Positions 29,097-39,725 of a stretch of 64,000 bases of DNA are shown here, piece by piece. The stretch is from the IMG/VR virus record IMGVR_UViG_3300037110_000087, positions 243,125-307,124 of that record, one strand, 5' to 3'. Position numbers and translations under genes: made by a program. Position 1 is the stretch's first letter; every line of letters begins with the position of its first letter. Below the pieces are notes generated by a model. The model saw nothing but the letters and a program-made list of their open reading frames with translations. It was not told the origin of the DNA and made no database searches.

Positions 29097-29737
29097 TCTT
29101 GGCTCTTGTCTTTTCAGTCACTCTGACCGCGCAGGATAAAGTTGCGGTTTATGCGATGACAGAAGCCACTGGCTATGATGATCAATTGGTGAATCTTTAT
29201 AGAGGCGATAAGCTTCTGGATCGGGATTCGAAGATTCCCGGAATCATGAACGATCGACTCGATGGCAACGAGAACATTACCTGTATATTAGCTCATGAGA
29301 AAGGCTATCGTTATCTGATCTATCTAGAACAGAGCCAGATTCAAAAGACTAACTACGATGTTCCGATTTATACCTACACAATAAATGTCATCGACCTGAA
29401 GGAAATGATCAAACTCAGTCAGACCTACCCAACAATCAAAGAATGTTTTGATCCGCGAATGGTTGACCAAATCCAACGGATAATCGGGATCAAGGATTTT
29501 GGTCACGTAACAGAAGTAATAGGTGACACAATCAGAATCAATAATCCTATATTCCGTGGTGAACACTATCAACATTATCAAATAATCCGTAATTTTTTCA
29601 CTGTCGATCTCAATACCGGTGTGAAGATAACCAAACTAACCATCATTGGGTATGGTGTAGGCACTGACTCCGGTGATATACATTTGATCACTGGGGCCAA
29701 CCTCGTCACTCCTGGCTGCATCGTGAGGGTGAAATGA
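29084..29737 (+). CDS. exported protein (CsgG/FlgT-like candidate)
   Basis: Signal peptide MFKLILALVFSVTLTAQ; family assignment weak. Confidence 0.55.
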   Translation: MFKLILALVFSVTLTAQDKVAVYAMTEATGYDDQLVNLYRGDKLLDRDSKIPGIMNDRLDGNENITCILAHEKGYRYLIYLEQSQIQKTNYDVPIYTYTINVIDLKEMIKLSQTYPTIKECFDPRMVDQIQRIIGIKDFGHVTEVIGDTIRINNPIFRGEHYQHYQIIRNFFTVDLNTGVKITKLTIIGYGVGTDSGDIHLITGANLVTPGCIVRVK

Positions 29738-30603
29738 GATTCCTGCTGAGTCTCCTGTTCTGCCTGGGCCTCTTTGCTCAAAATCCAACCGCGATTGGTG
29801 TGGCCCAGGGCACCACCCCGGAAGCTGCAAATCTGGCTCAAATTGATGCAGTCAAGATGATCCTTATTCAATACCGGGCTTCGGTGTCATCATTCTCCAG
29901 GGATGTGGTCAAGACCGGCTCCGCTGATCAATTCTCTGCCGGTTCTGTGGTTTATGTGGCCTTCTCTGATATCGCTGGCCTTCGAATCAATAAGACCTGG
30001 GTCCAATCCGGGCATTCCTACTGTGAAGCTTCCCTGGATATTCCTACTCTCTACCGAACCACTGAGCAACAGGAAGCGTTACAACGGCATATTATTGACG
30101 GTCTATTAGCCAGCCCATTGGATTCGGACAAGATTGTCTACTTGAAGACCGCTTGGTCCAACTATCTGGACATGAAGCATCAGTCGGAAGTGTTTGGGTT
30201 TAATATCCCATTCAGGGATTACAACCTCTATCCCAGGCTCGAGGATTTCCGGCTCACTTACAAATTTTCAAAAGATTGTGCGAACATAGCACCTAAAAAT
30301 CCACAATGGTGGGCTGGTTCTGCGGTCATTGATCCTCAGACAATCATCCGGATTATTGCCGCGACAGATAATTCCCGATCCACAAGGGTCATGGAACTGG
30401 AGATTATGGGTATGCATGTTGCGAAATCTATGATGCTGTCGCCCTATGTCAACGCTGATGAGATAGCCCTTGATGTATTACTCAATGGAAAGCCACATAC
30501 AATCCGGGAGCGGTTCCTGGCAGGTGATGGATTTCCTTCTGAATCTGACATGATAAGTGTCATGTCCAGGGCGTTAAGGGAGGAACTTGACAAATTGAAA
30601 TGA
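29734..30603 (+). CDS. exported protein, LPP20-like N-terminus
   Basis: Signal peptide; AIGVAQG...A..AQIDA.K. Confidence 0.55.
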   Translation: MRFLLSLLFCLGLFAQNPTAIGVAQGTTPEAANLAQIDAVKMILIQYRASVSSFSRDVVKTGSADQFSAGSVVYVAFSDIAGLRINKTWVQSGHSYCEASLDIPTLYRTTEQQEALQRHIIDGLLASPLDSDKIVYLKTAWSNYLDMKHQSEVFGFNIPFRDYNLYPRLEDFRLTYKFSKDCANIAPKNPQWWAGSAVIDPQTIIRIIAATDNSRSTRVMELEIMGMHVAKSMMLSPYVNADEIALDVLLNGKPHTIRERFLAGDGFPSESDMISVMSRALREELDKLK

Positions 30604-30615
30604 TTGTATTATAAT
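30587..30615 (+). promoter_or_regulatory. consensus sigma70 promoter
   Basis: TTGACA-17-TATAAT. Confidence 0.88.
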
Positions 30616-30654
30616 TTAGTGTGTAGTAAAACCTCATTTCCCAGGAGAAATCCA

Positions 30655-31236
30655 ATGAAAAGGCACCTGCTCACCCTCCTCTCTCTCGTCCTCTTCTTCT
30701 GCGCCGTGATCGTCGGCTGCTCCAAGCCAGCACCAGCACCTGCTCTGACTCCCCAGGCTGCAGTGGTCCAGGAGCAACTCTCGGATGGTCCTCTCCTTCC
30801 GGTGACCACCACCAAGACCAGGAATGCTCCCTACTGGATCGACAATGCCGACAGGGATGGACACCTGAACGCAGTCGGCATCGCGAAGCCCAATTCCAAC
30901 AATGATAAATACATCCAGCGGTCCCAGGCGGTAAACCGGGCCTACGCAGCCCTGGCACAGAAGCTGCAGCAGCAAGTGGACAGCCTCTACCAGGAACTGA
31001 ACACCACGGTCGATACCGGCAAGGTGATGGCGACCACCGACACCAAACTGACGATCCAGACCTTCGTGTCCCAACAGATGAAAGGGGCTACGGTTTCCTA
31101 CTTCTGGACTGACACCGATGGAACCCTCTACGTTCTGGCCAAGCTGAGCGACCACGCCAGCTACGACGTCCTGAACTCGGCACGGCCCGACCTCGCTCAG
31201 GCCATCAAAGAACTCGAAGCCAAGAAGGCCCAGTAA
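30655..31236 (+). CDS. LPP20-like lipoprotein
   Basis: Lipobox IVGC; APYWI, AVGIA, A.NRA.A.LA, YFWTDTDGTLYVL. Confidence 0.75.
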   Translation: MKRHLLTLLSLVLFFCAVIVGCSKPAPAPALTPQAAVVQEQLSDGPLLPVTTTKTRNAPYWIDNADRDGHLNAVGIAKPNSNNDKYIQRSQAVNRAYAALAQKLQQQVDSLYQELNTTVDTGKVMATTDTKLTIQTFVSQQMKGATVSYFWTDTDGTLYVLAKLSDHASYDVLNSARPDLAQAIKELEAKKAQ

Positions 31237-31586
31237 TGGCCACTCCGGAACTCAAAGATATGACCTTCGACCAGCTTGTTGCAGAACAAGCTGGTCGTTC
31301 TCTCATGATGCTGGGTGAAGGGACGAGGATGAAGTCAATCATCTTCTCGGCCATGGATATCGCCCTTCAATGGAGGGCAGAGCGGGATAAGATCACTCCC
31401 TTCCCTGAACTACTCAACTTCATAAAGGCGCGGGATGCAAGGGATGAGGGGACCTCAGGAGGCTTCTGCGCTGACAGATTAGTAGACGCTGAAGCTGACG
31501 CCTATAGCTTCCTCAAAGCCAGGGTCACAGACCCAGCCGAAAACCAAATAGATTTGATGGTAGTATCGCGCAAATTCCAAAGTTGA
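31236..31586 (+). CDS. hypothetical protein
   Basis: TAATG coupling. Confidence 0.6.
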   Translation: MATPELKDMTFDQLVAEQAGRSLMMLGEGTRMKSIIFSAMDIALQWRAERDKITPFPELLNFIKARDARDEGTSGGFCADRLVDAEADAYSFLKARVTDPAENQIDLMVVSRKFQS

Positions 31587-31613
31587 TCCCCAGATTACTG
31601 TCAGCCCCAATTC

Positions 31614-31656
31614 CTCCCCTATTGCTACCAGTCAGTTTTGGTTAGCAATAGGGGAG
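31614..31656. terminator. 14-bp inverted repeat
   Basis: CTCCCCTATTGCTA ... TAGCAATAGGGGAG, intergenic. Confidence 0.6.
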
Positions 31657-31662
31657 AAAAGT

Positions 31663-32037
31663 ATGGAAGATTGGATTGAAGGGTTTAGAGAAGCTCATTC
31701 ACAACTTTTTGAAGGTATTCATCCCTGTAACTACGGCTGTGGAGAGGGATGGAGGCCCATCCTTGAAGAATTGTGTGCCAAAATTGAAGTGCTGGATCCA
31801 ACTGTTAGAATCGCTCAGATCAAAGAGAAGTTCGGAGATCTAAGATTATATATTGATGGTGGAAGCGAAGAGGTCTATGATCTTATTCGTGAAGCCGAAG
31901 AGAGGTCCAGTGTCACCTGTGAATATTGTGGTGCACCTGGAATTAAGGATTATACGCGGTGGATCAAAACTCTTTGTCCTGCATGCATGGCAAAAAGACA
32001 TTTAGAATACAAGGCGGATGGACTCGATGAGCAGTGA
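31663..32037 (+). CDS. conserved phage protein with zinc-ribbon tail
   Basis: GEGW..IL..LC, QIKEKFG.LR.Y, CEYCG, CPAC. Confidence 0.8.
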   Translation: MEDWIEGFREAHSQLFEGIHPCNYGCGEGWRPILEELCAKIEVLDPTVRIAQIKEKFGDLRLYIDGGSEEVYDLIREAEERSSVTCEYCGAPGIKDYTRWIKTLCPACMAKRHLEYKADGLDEQ

Positions 32038-32275
32038 TATCATTCATAACGCAATTAGGGTGGCGTTTGATCGTAAGTTCTTCATTGGGAAACATGTTGA
32101 TCCCAATCCTGGTGATGCGATCAAGCGTATGCAACGTGAGGGAGTAGACTTTTCGGAAGTGACTGCGAAAGACTGTGATGCTCGTGATGAAGACATTAGA
32201 GAGCTAGTCCCTAGCAATGATCTCGATAAAGCGGCAAAATTGGGACGATATTTAAGAAGACAGGATAAGAAATGA
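32018..32275 (+). CDS. hypothetical protein
   Basis: ORF in run. Confidence 0.5.
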   Translation: MDSMSSDIIHNAIRVAFDRKFFIGKHVDPNPGDAIKRMQREGVDFSEVTAKDCDARDEDIRELVPSNDLDKAAKLGRYLRRQDKK

Positions 32276-32304
32276 ACGACTTGATACGAATTGAAAGGTG
32301 ACCC

Positions 32305-32514
32305 ATGGACCGTTATTTCCTATCCATCACCCTGGCAGGTGAGAAGATTGAACGTGAAGTCTCTGTTGAAGAGTTCTGTAAGGCTGAACGCCAAGCTGGG
32401 TTCCGTCCGAAAATGGCAAGTGATAATCCACGCTATATGACCACCCCTGCGATGGGTGGATTTGGTTCTACGATGTCTGGTGTTTCTGGGCGCACGGAAT
32501 ATTCTCCTGATTAA
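32305..32514 (+). CDS. hypothetical protein
   Basis: ORF with AAAGGTG RBS. Confidence 0.6.
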   Translation: MDRYFLSITLAGEKIEREVSVEEFCKAERQAGFRPKMASDNPRYMTTPAMGGFGSTMSGVSGRTEYSPD

Positions 32515-33493
32515 AGAGGTTGTAGTGCATAAACTATTGAAGAAGATTACTACCGTTTATTATCACGCTGGTTGTCCTGATGGGATCGCCAGTCGTGAGA
32601 TTCATAGGAAGTTTGCTTATTTAATGGATTTTGGTCCCATTGAATATCTTCCCTTCGTCTATCCTGGACCTCTGCCCAAGGACATGAAGCCAAATACCCT
32701 GTATGTTGATTGTTGTCCTCGTGATGCGGAAGGAATTAGCGTTACTTTGGACCTTGGTGGTATTATTCTAGACCATCATGATTCTCGTAAGGAACTGCTG
32801 CTGTCCATGAAGGAGAAATACCCCGATCAGGTTGTCTATGGTGAGAACAGTAAATGCGAGTCTGGAGCTACGCTCACCTTTAAGGCTATGCTAAGTCTGT
32901 TCCAAGAGTACTGCCAGGAGAAGGGCTTATCCCTCTTTTTCTCTACGGAGAAATTAATATTCTCGATGGAACGGTATGCGACATTGACAGCAATCAGCGA
33001 CACGTGGCATACTGAATCACCTGAGTTTTCTCGATCCAGAGCATTGGCTCATTACATCTTCCTACAGGGAGATGACTGGGATGGTATTCCTTCAGAATTA
33101 GATATTAACATGTCAGTGTCTATTTATGGTTCCTATTTGAAGAAGCTTGAGCGAGAGGCTGATCGTATTTACACGATTGATCTGTCCTGGATGCCTTGGG
33201 CTTCCGATGGTGGCGGAGCCTTCAAAATAGGGTTCATGTGCGGAGACAACACCAGCGATATTGCAGAGATCCTTCGTAACAGAGGTTATGATCTTGTAGT
33301 TGGATTTGCGATCACTATGGCAGGTGATAAGCCTGTCCTCAGGTATTCATTGCGAAGTAGTAATAAATTGGATGTCAGCAAATTCTGCGTTAAATATGGT
33401 GGAGGGGGTCATAAGGCAGCTGCTGGAATGACTCTTGACTACATTGGTCAGCACCCGATTTATTATTTTGTTGAGTTACTACAGGAGAACTAA
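32456..33493 (+). CDS. DHH/DHHA1 phosphoesterase (true start likely GTG near 32525)
   Basis: YYHAGCPDG, ILDHHDS, ESGATL, YSLRS, YGGGGHKAAAG. Confidence 0.85.
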   Translation: MDLVLRCLVFLGARNILLIKEVVVHKLLKKITTVYYHAGCPDGIASREIHRKFAYLMDFGPIEYLPFVYPGPLPKDMKPNTLYVDCCPRDAEGISVTLDLGGIILDHHDSRKELLLSMKEKYPDQVVYGENSKCESGATLTFKAMLSLFQEYCQEKGLSLFFSTEKLIFSMERYATLTAISDTWHTESPEFSRSRALAHYIFLQGDDWDGIPSELDINMSVSIYGSYLKKLEREADRIYTIDLSWMPWASDGGGAFKIGFMCGDNTSDIAEILRNRGYDLVVGFAITMAGDKPVLRYSLRSSNKLDVSKFCVKYGGGGHKAAAGMTLDYIGQHPIYYFVELLQEN

Positions 33494-33814
33494 ATGCAAA
33501 CAAATACCGAAATTAATACATTGGCTGAGGCACTCGCCACCCCGGAAGCTCAGGCGCAGCAGACCCTTGTCCTTCATACTGATCCTATCCCAGAAACCTC
33601 CGGGATTGGTAATTCAATTCAGATCCTACGTGCACAGGATAGAATGTTCTATCATATGAACAATTGTCCTGGTGATCGCAGGGATGTTGCTGGCACCACT
33701 TATATCATAGGTAAAACTGGTTCCTGGCAGCGAGTGATTCCCAAGGTTCACCGCAAGAAGGGTAAGAAACCCTTCAATTCTGTGCGTAATTCCCGTAAAC
33801 TTATGAAAAAGTAA
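33494..33814 (+). CDS. hypothetical basic protein
   Basis: AGGAG RBS. Confidence 0.6.
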   Translation: MQTNTEINTLAEALATPEAQAQQTLVLHTDPIPETSGIGNSIQILRAQDRMFYHMNNCPGDRRDVAGTTYIIGKTGSWQRVIPKVHRKKGKKPFNSVRNSRKLMKK

Positions 33815-33912
33815 CCACTGGCTAAAATTGAATTGACCCCTGACCGGGGTCAATTCATATAGGTTAATATAATACAAACCAGGGACAAAATCAAGTTCAT
33901 TAGGGAGGGATA

Positions 33913-34248
33913 ATGGGTTCCGAGTGGAACAAATTATTACGGGGTGATCTTGGTGACTTTTTCAAGCCAAGAGCAGAAAAGGAATTGGATTTGATCAAAG
34001 CTGCAAGGGAAGAGGGTAAAAAGCAGAGAGAAGCCGCTGTGGATATCAAGATCCATGTTTATTATATTTTGATTGGCGTACCCTGTGTGGTGCTAGTCCC
34101 AAGCACCAGTGATCATTTTGAGGAAATTCTCAGATATGCCAATATTACCAGTCTTAAATATCCCTTCGTCATCATCCCTAGGGGCCGGTCTAATAAAATT
34201 ACTTCTGCGTTGCAAATACTCAAAATTCTGGAGGATTCATGCAGTTAA
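33913..34248 (+). CDS. hypothetical protein
   Basis: GGGAGG RBS. Confidence 0.6.
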   Translation: MGSEWNKLLRGDLGDFFKPRAEKELDLIKAAREEGKKQREAAVDIKIHVYYILIGVPCVVLVPSTSDHFEEILRYANITSLKYPFVIIPRGRSNKITSALQILKILEDSCS

Positions 34249-34553
34249 CCTATGGCAATGTCGTTGTTTATACTTCAGAGACAGATCCTGAGTATCAGGA
34301 ATTATATCTGGTAGTGGATGAGGAAAAACAGTTAGGTATGAATAGCCTGGGGGAGATTTCCCCAATTACCTTCATTAATCATAGTTCCCATGCTGGGGCT
34401 TCCGTTTATGGAAAGACGGACTCTGAATGGAGAGGGTTCTATCAGCAATTTGTTGACGAATTGACTGAATGGGAAGAATCTGTAAGGCAGGATACGATGA
34501 AAGCCAAATATCATCTGTCCAAAATTGATCCAATTATTCCGAGATGCTTTTAA
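34239..34553 (+). CDS. hypothetical protein
   Basis: GGAGG RBS. Confidence 0.6.
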   Translation: MQLTYGNVVVYTSETDPEYQELYLVVDEEKQLGMNSLGEISPITFINHSSHAGASVYGKTDSEWRGFYQQFVDELTEWEESVRQDTMKAKYHLSKIDPIIPRCF

Positions 34554-34595
34554 CGGGAGTCTCGCCGTAGACTGGGACGCTAAACAAGGAGAACT

Positions 34596-36824
34596 ATGAA
34601 TCCAGTAAGTCGTTATATCAAGTTTGGGCCAAAAGATCTGGTGTTTGTGGAACAGAACGTAACCCATTTCACCACGAAGACTACAAAACCAACCATCTTC
34701 AGCATGAACAACTATTTATTGTTCGATGAGAGCGGATCCATGTATGGGGTGATCCAGACTCTCTGTGATCATATGAAGAAACGCGTCAATACTCTGCCTA
34801 TCGGTGATACAGTCACTCTTGGTTGGTTCAGTGGGCAGGGTAGTTATCGCTTCATTGTGAAGGGTTTCCGCATCAGCACTCCAGCGGACTATGCAACCAT
34901 TTGCAAGATTATTGATCAGAACTGCACGACTCGTGGGACCACTTGTTTCTCCGAGATCTTGTTCGACCTGAATGAAGTGATCGATGAGGTCACCGCTCTC
35001 AACAATCTGCCAAATTCTCTGACCTTCTTCACTGATGGCTATCCGGTCGTCTCCAGCTACAACAAAGAGATCGCGGATATCACCAGTGCGATCAGTCGGG
35101 TTGCATCGAAGATCACTTCTACTCTTCTGATCGGATATGGAAGCTACTACAACAAGCAGCTAATGACCTCAATGGCCGAACTATTTGGTGGCTCATTGAT
35201 TCACAGTGAGAGGATTGGTGAAGAATTCTCCAACCGAATGCACAATTTCACCAGGGACGCACGTGAGAACAGCGGTCGTATCACTCTGGTCGTGACTGGT
35301 ATGAATCCAGAATCTATTGCCTTCAGCATCAATGGTGATCAGATTGTCTACTACAACACCAGCCGGAACGATATTCTCTACACTCCTTGTCAGGGTGAGA
35401 ACTTCATCTACTTCCTAACCACCCACGTGCCTGAAGGAGCAGTAGAATACAAGGGATTCTCAGGTAAGACAGCTGAAGGATTGACGTCTGATTCTTTCGT
35501 GAAGGGAGCGTACGCTCTCGCTTATGCTCTGACTCAGGCGACCAAAACCGATCTGGCTCTGGATCTACTGGTTAAGATTGGAGACATCGCGGTAATCGAT
35601 CGAGTAGTCAATAGTTTCACCAACACAGAATACGGAGTAGCTGAAGCCAACATTTTGGATTGTGTGACCACTCCATCCAAACGCTTCATTGCCGGTCGTC
35701 ACACCAACTACCTTCCCCCTGCGGATGCGTTCTGTCTCAAAGATGCTATTGATTTGCTGGTGAGAGATGACAACGCATTCTTCTATCCCTGCGATGAGTC
35801 GTTCGAATATCAGAGGATCGGAAGAAAGGCAAAAACCAAAGAAGGATACCCGGAGTTCAAGAAAAATATCTCTTCAAAATGTCCTTTGAGTGATCTGGTC
35901 TACCACGAATCTCGGCTTAACCTGAGCATCCGGACCCGAATCGAAGGAACAGTAACATTGGATGAAAAGGCCGAAGAGCAGAATTTCTGCAAGAACTATC
36001 GGACTTTTATCTGGAGAAACTACACGATCGTTAAGGATGGTATTCTCAATCTGACCACCCTGCCTCTGTCAATGAGCAAGGCGACCTTCGACGTACTCCG
36101 GTCTAACGGTATGATTATGGCCGACAAGTGCTCAACACTTACTCCTCCCCCTCCCCAGTGGCAGGAAGGGGAAATTTATTCCGTCAAGCTGGATACCGTG
36201 CCGGTCATGAATCGCAAGATTGCGGAAGGTAACACTTCAGCCAAGTCCCTGGCCCAAGCAGCAGTGAAGGAACTGAAGCTTGAGGCCCAGCAGAAGGTGG
36301 TCCGCAACTTCCTTGGCAAGTACAAGCAGCTTGACAAGACCGCCGTAGGACCCTTCACTGCCGGTCAGAAGACCTATCTGGAAGGCTTCGGAATCACTTC
36401 CAACGGGTTCAACCCGCCTACTGAGACTCTGCCAGCCGAGGACTTCTACGAGGCCCTGGAATTCGAGATCAAAATCAAAGGATTCTCGAGTCTGCCCAAG
36501 GTTCCTGACGTCATCGCGAAAGTGGCAGCCAAGAAGATTCATACTGGTCCAGAACAGCTGATGCTGGCGATGATCAAGGAATGCGAAGATGTTGAAGCCC
36601 TTCATGGTGATAACGCGGCTGTAGCGGTAGCAATCTTCGAGGGAATACTGGCGAAGATCAAACAGGAGCTTGTTGAAGTTCGTGAAAAGATTCAATCGAC
36701 CAAATTTGCGCTGCTTTTAGGCAAGAAGTGGTTTGATGAGTTCAGTTCACGTGATGACTCCAGTTTGACCGTAGATGGCAAAGAAGTAACTTTCTCTCTG
36801 CGTACTAAGCGGGTGGAATTTTAA
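34596..36824 (+). CDS. vWA-domain protein
   Basis: LLFDESGSM (MIDAS), GTT.F, FFTDGYP. Confidence 0.85.
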   Translation: MNPVSRYIKFGPKDLVFVEQNVTHFTTKTTKPTIFSMNNYLLFDESGSMYGVIQTLCDHMKKRVNTLPIGDTVTLGWFSGQGSYRFIVKGFRISTPADYATICKIIDQNCTTRGTTCFSEILFDLNEVIDEVTALNNLPNSLTFFTDGYPVVSSYNKEIADITSAISRVASKITSTLLIGYGSYYNKQLMTSMAELFGGSLIHSERIGEEFSNRMHNFTRDARENSGRITLVVTGMNPESIAFSINGDQIVYYNTSRNDILYTPCQGENFIYFLTTHVPEGAVEYKGFSGKTAEGLTSDSFVKGAYALAYALTQATKTDLALDLLVKIGDIAVIDRVVNSFTNTEYGVAEANILDCVTTPSKRFIAGRHTNYLPPADAFCLKDAIDLLVRDDNAFFYPCDESFEYQRIGRKAKTKEGYPEFKKNISSKCPLSDLVYHESRLNLSIRTRIEGTVTLDEKAEEQNFCKNYRTFIWRNYTIVKDGILNLTTLPLSMSKATFDVLRSNGMIMADKCSTLTPPPPQWQEGEIYSVKLDTVPVMNRKIAEGNTSAKSLAQAAVKELKLEAQQKVVRNFLGKYKQLDKTAVGPFTAGQKTYLEGFGITSNGFNPPTETLPAEDFYEALEFEIKIKGFSSLPKVPDVIAKVAAKKIHTGPEQLMLAMIKECEDVEALHGDNAAVAVAIFEGILAKIKQELVEVREKIQSTKFALLLGKKWFDEFSSRDDSSLTVDGKEVTFSLRTKRVEF

Positions 36825-37003
36825 TGTCAGCGCTCCATGAGACTCAAGAATACCAAGAGGCTTTACACTTCTGTACTAACAATGGAATGGAAATAATTGT
36901 CAGACAGATGGCTAGTGATATGATCAGAATTAAGGAACTTCAGGAACAATTGAAGTACCCGGTTCCAGATCCTGATTCAATCTAATCGAAGATGCCCTCG
37001 TAA

Positions 37004-37348
37004 TTGGGGGCATCTTCATGTCTGTTAAAAAATAGAGGGCTAATTATGGACAAGTTTGTTGGTTATTTGTATGAAAATGGGGACAGAAGATTTTGGGGTA
37101 AAGATCCTTTCAGCTGGACTAAATGTTCTGATGAGCTTCCCCCCAAAGATGAGACCGTGGTCCTCCTGTGGTTTGATAAACTATCCGAAACGGGTGGTTA
37201 TGAATATTGTCACGGTTTTGGCACTCCAGATGAATATGACAATACTCTGGATGCGATTACTGATGGCTGTGTGGTTGGTTGGATGCGGTTACCTGCAAAA
37301 CCCGACTGGTATCCGATGAAGGAAGAGGAATCTAATGATCAGGTTTGA
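37004..37348 (+). CDS. DUF551-like protein (true start likely MDKFVG)
   Basis: WTKCSDELP...V.GWMRLP.KP. Confidence 0.6.
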   Translation: MGASSCLLKNRGLIMDKFVGYLYENGDRRFWGKDPFSWTKCSDELPPKDETVVLLWFDKLSETGGYEYCHGFGTPDEYDNTLDAITDGCVVGWMRLPAKPDWYPMKEEESNDQV

Positions 37349-39716
37349 AAATCTACACATAGAAGGTGGACTTAGTTTTCGTGATTCCGTCGACTTTCCA
37401 CTAGCTGGTCAGGGTTTGACTAAGCTGATTGGTAAGAATCTAGATGATATAGGTAGTAACGGATCTGGTAAGTCCAGCATTGGTGATCTGATGTCTCATA
37501 TCATCTTCGGCACTACAGCCAAGGGAATCAAGAAAAATCAAATTATCTGTAATTATACCGATACTGGTTATCTTGGAATCCTTACTGCTGATATTGATGG
37601 GAAGAAGATTAAAGCTCTGCAGTCCCGGCAGCACAAAAAGGAAGGGACCAAGGTCCAGTTATTTGCGGATACCCTCCCGATGCATGTGAAGGGTCTTGAA
37701 GAGTCTCAGGCCCTGGTCGAGAAGATGTTCAGATTGACTTTGGATGAATGGCATGCTACTACCCATTTCTCAAGAAATGAACCCCATCTGTTCATCAAGA
37801 GTACCGGCAATGACAACAAGAAAGCCATGCTGGCCCGAATCTTCAGCCTAAACTACCAGCAGTATCGGGAGGAGGCCGAGGAAAAACTGAAACTGACCAG
37901 GGAAGAGCTACTCAAGCTCAAGAACAACCTGAGTGCTTCTAAACAACAGTTAGAGACTACCTTGATGGAGATGGGTAATCCTGATCCAACCGTTAAATTA
38001 ACTGAAATTAAGGGTTGGGAAACTGTCATCGCTGATACTAAGAAGATTGTTTTGGATTTACAGAAGGCTATCGACGACTTCGATAAGGCACGGAACACCC
38101 AGATTAAATACAATAGTCTCAAAGAAATGATCGAAAAGAGCCTTTCAAATTTGGGAGAGTGGATTGGCCAGATCCCTACCTATGCTGAGGTTGAAGCAAA
38201 GATCACTACTCTTGCGGACACGATTAAGCAATACAACGAGACTATCGTCCAATATGAGACTTTTATCACTTGCTTAAAGGATCGAGATTTTCTGATCACG
38301 GAGCTTAAGAAATTTGATGTTCCCGGCTTCAATCCTGTCAGTGTCGCAGATCAAATCACAGGGTTGCAGAATTATCTAACCGATCTCAACAAATTTGATA
38401 TCAGTCTGCTGCGGAAGTATAACAACTTGAGGGCTACGCTTGTTCCAACCTCAGATCCAGTTGCTCTAGAAAACAAATGGCGAGAATTAGAGACAGAATT
38501 TGGGAAGGTTCAATATGAGTCTCTCGATCTAAGTAAACAATTTGAGGGGGTTAAATCAGGAATTTGTATCACTTGTGGGCACGAGATCGCGGTTAAAGAC
38601 CTTGGAGAATTGGAAAGTAAACTTGGTAATATCAGACAGAAATTGTCTGAAATAGCAGTGGAGAGTACCAAGACAAGAGAGGCATGGGATAAGGCTAGGA
38701 ATGAATGGTCCTATTACAATCAAGCTAAAGCCCAACTTGATATGTTGGCTCCTACTTATGAGAAGGTGAATGAGGAAGACCTTAATCAATACAAGACCAA
38801 CACTCAGGAGCAAATTAACGCTCTCACTCTCCAGGAGCAGCAGTTCCAATACTGGAAGAGTCTGACTGAACGGTCTGCCCAGTATGTGAGTCTTAAGGAA
38901 TACACGGTCGAGCAATACGAGATTGCTCTATCCGGTGCCAAATCAGCCCTGGATAAAATCAAGAACACCCATCTTGGATATTCTCAGTTGAGACTAACTG
39001 TTAATCAATATGAGATGTTGGATCCAATTGCCATTGATCCAAATTTTGATCCTTTAGTGGTCAGAGCCAAGATCAACGGTCATCAAGAAAGTCTGGAATC
39101 AGGGTTCAACGTCCTAGGAAGACTCAAGAAGGAATATGAACTGCTGATGGACACCCTCAGTAAGCTCAACTCAATCAAAGGGCGAGAGGGCGAGATTACT
39201 GCCCTGGAGAACATGGAGCAGGTCTATAGTGGTCTGACCTACGCCTTTGGTCCAAAGGGTTTGATTGTGGAGCGGTTGGGCGTAATTTGCGAATTCTTGA
39301 CCGAACGGGTCAACTTCTATCTGCACCAGATCATGAAGGATCAGGTAGTGATGAAGTTTTATATGGATGGTGATAGCATCGACTTGGATATCTTCTTTAA
39401 GGGAGAGACTAGGGGATCCGGAAACCTGAGTGATGGAGAACGGGCTAAGGTTGGTTTGGCTTGCATGTTCGGGATGCGTAGTCTGCTTCCTTCATCTCAT
39501 CAGAATAATATCATGATCTTGGATGAGGCAGATGCTAACTTTGATGACTCAATTCGGATAGAATTGCTCGAGATTTTACAGAGTATCATTGATAATTCGA
39601 ATATTGATAGCATTTTTGTTGTCTCTCATGCTGATGTCGTAAAAGATAGCATGTTATTTAAAACAACCTTCGATATCACCAAGAAGGATGGTTGTAGTAC
39701 CCTCAGCGTCTACTAA
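37335..39716 (+). CDS. SbcC/Rad50 (gp46-like) ATPase
   Basis: Walker A GSNGSGKSS, coiled coils, CITCG zinc hook, LSDGE signature, ILDEAD Walker B, VSH. Confidence 0.9.
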   Translation: MIRFENLHIEGGLSFRDSVDFPLAGQGLTKLIGKNLDDIGSNGSGKSSIGDLMSHIIFGTTAKGIKKNQIICNYTDTGYLGILTADIDGKKIKALQSRQHKKEGTKVQLFADTLPMHVKGLEESQALVEKMFRLTLDEWHATTHFSRNEPHLFIKSTGNDNKKAMLARIFSLNYQQYREEAEEKLKLTREELLKLKNNLSASKQQLETTLMEMGNPDPTVKLTEIKGWETVIADTKKIVLDLQKAIDDFDKARNTQIKYNSLKEMIEKSLSNLGEWIGQIPTYAEVEAKITTLADTIKQYNETIVQYETFITCLKDRDFLITELKKFDVPGFNPVSVADQITGLQNYLTDLNKFDISLLRKYNNLRATLVPTSDPVALENKWRELETEFGKVQYESLDLSKQFEGVKSGICITCGHEIAVKDLGELESKLGNIRQKLSEIAVESTKTREAWDKARNEWSYYNQAKAQLDMLAPTYEKVNEEDLNQYKTNTQEQINALTLQEQQFQYWKSLTERSAQYVSLKEYTVEQYEIALSGAKSALDKIKNTHLGYSQLRLTVNQYEMLDPIAIDPNFDPLVVRAKINGHQESLESGFNVLGRLKKEYELLMDTLSKLNSIKGREGEITALENMEQVYSGLTYAFGPKGLIVERLGVICEFLTERVNFYLHQIMKDQVVMKFYMDGDSIDLDIFFKGETRGSGNLSDGERAKVGLACMFGMRSLLPSSHQNNIMILDEADANFDDSIRIELLEILQSIIDNSNIDSIFVVSHADVVKDSMLFKTTFDITKKDGCSTLSVY

Positions 39717-39725
39717 GGAGAATAG

